A stretch of 24,000 nucleotides of DNA from Aromatoleum aromaticum EbN1 (GTDB taxonomy: Bacteria; Pseudomonadota; Gammaproteobacteria; Burkholderiales; Rhodocyclaceae). The notes beneath the pieces are model-generated. The model was given only the letters and a program-made list of their open reading frames with translations. It was not told the origin of the DNA and made no database searches. Every line of letters starts with the position of its first letter. The first letter of the stretch is position 1. This document shows positions 18,290 through 24,000 of the stretch, piece after piece. The DNA lies in the NCBI RefSeq assembly GCF_000025965.1, contig NC_006513.1, positions 3,751,400 to 3,775,399 of the forward strand. The letters are read 5' to 3'. Both the position numbers and the translations under genes were made by a program.

Positions 18290-20858
18290 CAAGCGCCTCC
18301 TCTTCGATTTCCTCCTCGCCGAACATCTCGCGCATTCGGATGGTGTTGACGACGTATTCGACGGTGCCTCCGCCAATCTGGCTCGACGGGAAGGACAGGC
18401 CCCATGCGAGTACGCCTTCTACATCTTCGCCAGCCGACCTTGTAGCGTCGAGTTTTGGTTTGACGAGACGCAGGATCAGCAGCGGATGCCTGCCGGAAAC
18501 CTGCCTGTAGATCCTCGGATTGACGGTCTTGGGCAACTTCTTGTCATCTCGCGACAGGCGAAATTTTTCCTTCGCATCAGTTATCTGCTGTTCTTCCAGT
18601 CCCTCACTCTCGTCCTCGGCTGAACCAATCCTGCGGCTTGCACCGCTGAATGCTAGGACGCCACTCTTGGCGAGGTCTGCATCGACCGACAGTTCGTAAG
18701 GAACGATATCCAGCCCCGCAAATGGCAGCGGCTTCATATCCTTGCGCGTGGAACTGGCGATGAAGATGTCCCACTCTGCAAGTTCACTTGCTGCACGTGC
18801 TTCGATGTAATCGTTGATCAACTTCGGGTCCGTCAAGGGATTGACCGGCCGGACGCCAAGCTCGGTACGGTACTCCCGAAGGAAATCCATGATCGAATTC
18901 ACCCTAACACCTTTAAGCAGGTATCCCCTCGGACGCGATACGACTAAAACGCCCGCTTTGACGGCGGCAGCCAGCAGCCCCTCGCCCGCGCGGATGTTGG
19001 CCTCCAGCTGCGGGCTATCCAGAACGATCCGGGTTGTCTCGATCAGGTTTTCGGCGAGCCCCACCTTGACCGGCAGCTCTTTCCCGCTCCCCATCTTGTT
19101 CCGTGCGGTCACGATCAGGGACTCCGGATGGCTGCGAACGGTCAGCCCGAACTGTTCCGGCGTGGCCTTCGCCAGCTCCATGCGCTTCAGCTGGGCCTGC
19201 AGGTCGTCCATCGCCTCATGGATGTGGGCGTACCAGCCCACGCCATCCGCGGGGATCCACACGCGGCACAGATCTTCATAGCCCGGCCGATAGCCGAACC
19301 AGCGCCCCATCTGCATGAGCGTGTCGTACATCATGGAGTTCCGCAGGAAGTAGCTGATCGTCAGCCCTTCCAGTGTCAACCCTCGAGACAGGGAGAAGCC
19401 GCCAACGGCGATGACAGTCACGCCATGTTCGCCACCCTGCTCATAGTCGAGCGGCTGAGACCGCTTCGAGGCATTGACCTCGACGACCCTTGCGGCAACC
19501 AGAACCTCGTGCAGTCGAGCCTGCACCTCAGACCAGCCGGCGCCCTCAGCGTCTGCGTATTCTGCCTCCCAGACCGCATGGAGGGCCGCGATCTCCGGGT
19601 TCTGCAGGAGGGCGGCACGGCCCTTGCCGCCGTCGACCGCAACCGCGTCCCTGATGTGGCTGACGACATCGGCCACCTTGGATCGTAGCCGCCCCTGAAC
19701 ATCCGTGAAGCGCGAGGCATTGACCAGCATTGATGCATGCGACGCCTGCTGGCCCCGTGCATTGCGGATTGCCCGGGCGACGATGAAGGCGCGCACGGCT
19801 CGCACGAGGCTGTCTGGCAGCACATCGACCGGATGGTCGATCTTGTGCTTCATCGGCAGGATGTCCTCGTTGTCGTCGATCAGGCGAACGTGCCGGTCGC
19901 GGGCGTCGAGGAAGACCTTTTGCGCGCCGAAATAATTCGACGGCGCGTCCAGGCCGATAATGAAATGGCGTGGGAAGAGGTCCTGTTTCAGCGCCTCGTC
20001 GTCGGTATCCGGATCGATGAAGATGTTGGCAAAGGGCGTGGCCGTGTAGCCGACATAGCAGCTGCGGTGGAACAGCGAGAGCAGTTCGCGGATCTGGCCG
20101 TTGATACGGGTGACCTCGTCGCGGGAATAGGCGGTGTTGATCGAGGCGTTGTCGGCTTCGTCGTCGATCAGCAGCATCGGCTGGCTCACCATCTGGGTAC
20201 CTTGATGGACTGAATGCTCCTTGAGCCATTCCAGCAGATTCTTCAGTGTGCTGGAATTCTTCTTGATCACCAGCACGACGGGAACATTGTATTGCCCGAT
20301 CTGGCTTGTGTTCGTGGTGGCGGTCGCCTTGTTGAAATCTCGCAGAGTGTTGGTCAGCGAGACCGGAAACTCCCGCTGATCGAACGTGCCGACCCCAATG
20401 ATTTTCTGCCGTTGCGCCTTGTTGGCATGAGCCAGCCGTCCGGTGTCGCGGCCTATGAACCCTTCGTCAATCCGCGCTTGGGTTTGATTGCGCAGATTGT
20501 TGTGGATGCCGGCGATCACTACGATCAGGCGATAGCCAGCGTCGGCAGCCTTGCATATCAAGCCGGTGTAGTTCGCCGTCTTGCCGCTCTGGACGTGCCC
20601 GACGACCATGCCGCGGCGGCTCCACGGAGTCATGTTCTTCGGATCACCGAGGCGGTCCAGCACACGATCAGTCACCTCGTCGGTCGCGTCGATCACCGAT
20701 TTCGGCAGTCCCTTGAGGTTCAGGAGCCTGCGGTACCGGCTCCAGTAGAAATCCCCGATCTCGCCGTTGATCCGCGCATCATGCAGCCACGGACGGAAGT
20801 CCTCGGCATCAACGACGGCGCCGAGGCCCATGCTAATGCCGTACTTCTCTTCGATCAT
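18276..20858 (-). CDS. Z1-domain P-loop NTPase, 5'-truncated by IS insertion (largest remaining ORF)
   Basis: Walker A GHVQSGKTANYTG; Walker B/DEAD-like LLIDDEADNAS; Z1 block YDTLMQMGRWFGYRPGYEDLCRVW. The frame stays open upstream to the IS junction at 20898, and the true N-terminus lies at 22480..22377. Confidence 0.85.
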   Translation of the reverse strand: MIEEKYGISMGLGAVVDAEDFRPWLHDARINGEIGDFYWSRYRRLLNLKGLPKSVIDATDEVTDRVLDRLGDPKNMTPWSRRGMVVGHVQSGKTANYTGLICKAADAGYRLIVVIAGIHNNLRNQTQARIDEGFIGRDTGRLAHANKAQRQKIIGVGTFDQREFPVSLTNTLRDFNKATATTNTSQIGQYNVPVVLVIKKNSSTLKNLLEWLKEHSVHQGTQMVSQPMLLIDDEADNASINTAYSRDEVTRINGQIRELLSLFHRSCYVGYTATPFANIFIDPDTDDEALKQDLFPRHFIIGLDAPSNYFGAQKVFLDARDRHVRLIDDNEDILPMKHKIDHPVDVLPDSLVRAVRAFIVARAIRNARGQQASHASMLVNASRFTDVQGRLRSKVADVVSHIRDAVAVDGGKGRAALLQNPEIAALHAVWEAEYADAEGAGWSEVQARLHEVLVAARVVEVNASKRSQPLDYEQGGEHGVTVIAVGGFSLSRGLTLEGLTISYFLRNSMMYDTLMQMGRWFGYRPGYEDLCRVWIPADGVGWYAHIHEAMDDLQAQLKRMELAKATPEQFGLTVRSHPESLIVTARNKMGSGKELPVKVGLAENLIETTRIVLDSPQLEANIRAGEGLLAAAVKAGVLVVSRPRGYLLKGVRVNSIMDFLREYRTELGVRPVNPLTDPKLINDYIEARAASELAEWDIFIASSTRKDMKPLPFAGLDIVPYELSVDADLAKSGVLAFSGASRRIGSAEDESEGLEEQQITDAKEKFRLSRDDKKLPKTVNPRIYRQVSGRHPLLILRLVKPKLDATRSAGEDVEGVLAWGLSFPSSQIGGGTVEYVVNTIRMREMFGEEEIEEEALGDSE

Positions 20859-20889
20859 ACGCGCAAGTTCCTCGGCATCATCGTCCTCG

Positions 20890-20898
20890 ACCTTTCCT
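20890..20898. repeat. Left target-site duplication ACCTTTCCT of the IS4-family element
   Basis: An identical 9-mer at 22377-22385 abuts the other IS end. Confidence 0.85.
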
Positions 20899-22376
20899 CA
20901 TCTCGTTATACACAACTCCGCACCGCCGGCACGCCGATCTGAATAATCGTTGACCTTCAATGACTTACACGAAGTGCTTGTAAACCCATATAAAAACGCG
21001 TCTACTTTTGCAATTTGGGTGACCTGTTGGCGACGAAGAGCTGGGTGGTGGAGGAGTTTGCGGGGATGGCGCTGGGCGACGAGAGACTGAACAAGCGGGC
21101 GAAGGTGCTGATGGAGCGGTTGTCGGCGAAGCCGACGGCGGGCATTCCGATGGCGTGCCGGGGCTGGGGCGAGACGGTTGGCGCGTACCGCTTCCTGGGC
21201 AACGACGAGGTCGACTGGCAGGCGATCCTGGCGCCGCATTGGGAGCGCACCCGCAGCCGCATGCGTGCCCATCCGGTGGTGTTGTGCCTGCAGGACACGA
21301 CCGAGCTGGACTTCAACGGGCAGGGCATCGCGGGTCTGGGGCGGCTGAACTACGAGGCGCGCCGCGGCATGTACCTGCACCCGACCTATGCGGTGACGCC
21401 CGAGCGCGAACCGCTGGGCGTGCTCGATGCGTGGATGTGGGCGCGCGAGGATGTCGATGAACCAGGCGAGCGCACCAGCATCAAGGAGAGCGCGCGCTGG
21501 CCCGAAGGCTACGAGCGGGTCGCGGAGTTGGCCACGGGGATGGCGACCACCCGCCTGGTGTATGTAGCCGACCGCGAAGCGGATCTGATGGAAATGATGC
21601 TGCGCGCCCAGACGCTGGGCACGCCGGCCGACTGGCTGGTGCGGGCCAAGCACAACCGTTGCTTGCCAGAGGGCGCGAAGCTGTGGTCGCACACCTGCGC
21701 AGGCGAGCCGCTGGGCGAGATCGTGTTCACGATGGGCTCGCGCCACGGCCAGAAGGCGCGCGAGGTGCGCCAGCAACTGTGGGCCCGACGGGTCAGCCTG
21801 CCTGCGGGCAAGGCGGGCACGGTATCGGCCACCTGCATCGTGGCGCGCGAGATCGGCGCGCCGGCCGGCACCAAGCCCGTGGAGTGGCGCCTGCTCACCA
21901 ACCGGGAAGCTGCGACGGCTGCCGACGTGGTCGAGCTGATCGACTGGTATCGGGCGCGCTGGGAGATCGAGACTTTCTTTCACGTGCTCAAGAACGGCTG
22001 TCGGATCGAAGCGCTGCAACTGTCCGCCATCGAGCGCCTGGAGCGCGCGCTGGCGTTGTTCATGGTCGTCGCCTGGCGCATCGCGCATCTGATGCGCACC
22101 GGCCGAACCTGCCCCGAGCTGGATGCCACGCTCTTCTTCGACCCCGACGAGATCCGCGGCGCGTATCTGCTCACGAAGAAGAAACCGCCCGCCACCCCGC
22201 CCACCATCAACGAAGTGCTGCGCCTGATCGCCACCCTCGGCGGCTTCCTGGCGCGCAAGGGCGACGGCGAGCCGGGTGTGAAGACCATCTGGCTGGGCTT
22301 GCAGCGCGTCATGGATGCCGCCGCCACCATACAGGCGCTACGCGATGAGGCGGCCTGAGTTGTGTATAACGACATG
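20899..22376 (+). mobile_element. IS4-family (IS50/Tn5-like) insertion sequence, 1478 bp
   Basis: 20-bp IRs CATCTCGTTATACACAACTC (20899-20918) versus the reverse complement of 22357-22376, CATGTCGTTATACACAACTC (19/20). They share the TTATACACA core of Tn5 ends. 9-bp TSD and a single transposase ORF. Confidence 0.9.
21015..22358 (+). CDS. IS4-family transposase (Tn5 Tnp-like)
   Basis: N-terminal ALGDERLNKRAKVLMERL ... GAYRFLGN matches the Tn5 DNA-binding region. DDE blocks LQDTTELDF and YVADREADL, then DWYRARWEIETFFHVLKNGCRIE (YREK region). The start codon is uncertain: TTG 21015 is the first in-frame candidate. Confidence 0.85.
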   Translation: MGDLLATKSWVVEEFAGMALGDERLNKRAKVLMERLSAKPTAGIPMACRGWGETVGAYRFLGNDEVDWQAILAPHWERTRSRMRAHPVVLCLQDTTELDFNGQGIAGLGRLNYEARRGMYLHPTYAVTPEREPLGVLDAWMWAREDVDEPGERTSIKESARWPEGYERVAELATGMATTRLVYVADREADLMEMMLRAQTLGTPADWLVRAKHNRCLPEGAKLWSHTCAGEPLGEIVFTMGSRHGQKAREVRQQLWARRVSLPAGKAGTVSATCIVAREIGAPAGTKPVEWRLLTNREAATAADVVELIDWYRARWEIETFFHVLKNGCRIEALQLSAIERLERALALFMVVAWRIAHLMRTGRTCPELDATLFFDPDEIRGAYLLTKKKPPATPPTINEVLRLIATLGGFLARKGDGEPGVKTIWLGLQRVMDAAATIQALRDEAA

Positions 22377-22385
22377 ACCTTTCCT
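22377..22385. repeat. Right target-site duplication ACCTTTCCT of the IS4-family element
   Basis: Matches 20890-20898. Confidence 0.85.
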
Positions 22386-22480
22386 GCGAACATCGGCGTG
22401 TTGCGCAATTGCCCGATGATGTCCCGGATCGACTGGGCCGTGTGAGGTCCTTGTTGCGACGCCATATACATCGCTGTCAT
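22377..22480 (-). pseudogene. Detached 5' end (about 35 codons) of the Z1-domain gene
   Basis: ATG 22480 (alternatives 22471 and 22465) lies 26 nt downstream of the GHKL ATPase stop and behind GAGGG. It encodes MTAMYMASQQGPHTAQSIRDIIGQLRNTPMFAGKV, then runs into the IS. Removing the IS and one TSD copy fuses it in frame to EDDDAEELARMIEEKYG... (2718 nt = 906 codons including the stop). Confidence 0.75.
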
Positions 22481-22506
22481 GCCCTCGAGGCTGCTCAGGA
22501 GGGGAG

Positions 22507-24000
22507 TCACTTGTCTTCCTTCGTCTCTATCGTTGCTGCGATGATGCGCTGAGTGTCCTCCCAAGCCGAACGGAAGGGATCGACGTCCTTCATCAGCGAG
22601 ATGATTTCCTTGATGTCTTTCCGAGCCCCCAGGAGGACGGACAGCGTCGCCTGCACGGCCTGGGCCAGCGTGTCCTCATCGATGCGGTCGGGAACAATCT
22701 GCTCGGCTGTGCCGGCCATGTCGGCATGCAGGGCTTCGATGGGTAGCGAAGCACCTACGAGGGCGATACAGTTGAAAAAACCGCGCCGTAGGTCGGGTGG
22801 CAGCCTCTCGGCAAAATCCGAGAATGCGGGATGCCCGATGTTCGGCCGATACCGGATCTGTCCGTCAGCCTGAACGCGATTCCACATAGGCAGCCGCTCG
22901 TGGTCGACAAGCTTCTGCCCGCGCTTGAGATAGGTCCGCTTCGAGCCGTCCTGAATGCGTTCGATCACTTTCCTGAGGCGGTCACGGACGACAGGAGGCA
23001 GCTGGGCGGAGGACTTCTTGACGTCGATCTTCCAGTCGGCGTCCATGCTGTTCGGAATATCGATCCTGACCCGGGAAAGCTTGGTTAGCTCGGACTGTCG
23101 GCAGAGCCCAAACCACGTTCCGTAAAGGATAAGGCGCCTACCTCGGTACAGATAGAACCCCTGCGATTTCAGATGGCCCTCAGGGCCGGCAATATCATCC
23201 CAGTCGGCCTTGCTCATCTGCTTGTGGTGAGGAAGCGTGAAACTCTGGATTTCCACTTCACCGCGGATCAGAGTCAGCTTTTCTTCAGGGTCGGAAATGG
23301 TCGCAGGATTTTTTCGGGCAAAGGGATCGAGTGGCCGAAGCGGACGACCGTTCAATAGGATACGGAGCAACTTCGTATCCTCTGTGAAGCGGTGAAAAAC
23401 CAGACGTAGATGTCGTTCGGTTTCGGCAATTCTCCTGTTGATGATTTCTGCACGCTTGGCAGTGCTGTGCGAAACGCCCCCAGTCAATCGATCGAGCTTT
23501 TGCCACAGAACCAACGTACCCGTAGCGCCAAGCTGGTCCACCCCCGGAATTCCCGTAACGTCATCAGGCAGCTGCACCGCCCATTCGTTCCGCTCCGCAA
23601 CGTCATCGAGATCCCAGACCGCGGCGGAAGTCTTGCCGTCTTTCCGAGACACGACTGTCAGTCGTCGGCATTGCGAGAAACTCGCACTCTTCAAACCAAG
23701 TCCGAACCTTCCGAGGTCGGGCTCATCACGTGTTGCAAGAGGATTCCGGCTCCCCGGGCGCATGGCGGCAATGAGCTCGTCTTCGGCCATCCCTTCGCCG
23801 TCATCCACGATCGCGATCAGGGGTTCGTCGATGCATGCTTCGGTGATGATACGAATCTGCCTTGCACCCGCTGTGACGGAGTTATCGATGATGTCGGATA
23901 TGGCGGTCTCTAGCGAGTATCCAATATCCCTCAGTCCCTCGATCAGAGAAGCTGCATGGGGAGTGGCATCGGCCCGTCTTGAGGTGGTTTTTTGATGCAC
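22507..24000 (-). CDS. GHKL-superfamily (HATPase_c_3, MORC/MutL-like) ATPase, first gene of the operon; 5' end at or beyond the window edge
   Basis: Bergerat-fold motifs AISDIIDNSVTAGA (N box), IVDDGEGM (G1) and GRFGLGLKSASF (G2). The ORF is open to position 24000, where the first codon is GTG, so the true start cannot be fixed. Confidence 0.8.
   Translation of the reverse strand: MHQKTTSRRADATPHAASLIEGLRDIGYSLETAISDIIDNSVTAGARQIRIITEACIDEPLIAIVDDGEGMAEDELIAAMRPGSRNPLATRDEPDLGRFGLGLKSASFSQCRRLTVVSRKDGKTSAAVWDLDDVAERNEWAVQLPDDVTGIPGVDQLGATGTLVLWQKLDRLTGGVSHSTAKRAEIINRRIAETERHLRLVFHRFTEDTKLLRILLNGRPLRPLDPFARKNPATISDPEEKLTLIRGEVEIQSFTLPHHKQMSKADWDDIAGPEGHLKSQGFYLYRGRRLILYGTWFGLCRQSELTKLSRVRIDIPNSMDADWKIDVKKSSAQLPPVVRDRLRKVIERIQDGSKRTYLKRGQKLVDHERLPMWNRVQADGQIRYRPNIGHPAFSDFAERLPPDLRRGFFNCIALVGASLPIEALHADMAGTAEQIVPDRIDEDTLAQAVQATLSVLLGARKDIKEIISLMKDVDPFRSAWEDTQRIIAATIETKEDK

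Noticed and set aside
21980-22564. 194-aa minus-strand ORF spanning the IS4 right end
   Set aside because: It is a chimera: the genuine 35-codon Z1 N-terminus reads through the junction into the antisense of the transposase gene.

Overview
This is a high-GC, probably proteobacterial, chromosomal segment that changes from housekeeping-type to accessory content at about 5.5 kb.

**Left part (1-5.3 kb).** It holds a 1246-aa membrane c-di-GMP signalling protein (Cache-like/HAMP/GAF/PAS/degenerate GGDEF/EAL/C-terminal receiver). It also holds a NorE/NorF-like pair of cytochrome-oxidase subunit III/IV-family membrane proteins and the 3' remnant of a class-V aminotransferase-like gene.

**Accessory part.** It starts with a SEC-C/helical-repeat/MM3350 (pRiA4b ORF-3-like) protein behind a C13 homopolymer, followed by an AbrB-PIN toxin-antitoxin pair.

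**Main feature.** This is a visibly lower-GC six-gene DNA-modification/defence cassette:
- vsr and a cytosine-5 DNA methyltransferase lie head-to-head, 15-18 nt apart.
- They are convergent with a tightly coupled minus-strand operon: GHKL/MORC-like ATPase, then Z1-domain P-loop NTPase, then a PD-(D/E)XK protein, then an AIPR protein.
- This is the MutL-Z1-AIPR (Mza-type) architecture, which is predicted or listed as a defence system but is mechanistically uncharacterised.

**IS damage to this copy.**
- A Tn5/IS50-like IS4-family element with a 9-bp TSD splits the Z1 gene after codon 35.
- An IS21-family element with a 6-bp TSD replaces the last 10 codons of the AIPR gene.
- That IS21 element is itself inactivated by a second, different IS21-family element with a 5-bp TSD inside its istA.
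- All three insertions could be reconstructed to the base, and each restores a continuous reading frame when removed in silico.

No rRNA, tRNA or CRISPR array was seen. Domain calls rest on motifs read by eye, since no database search was possible.
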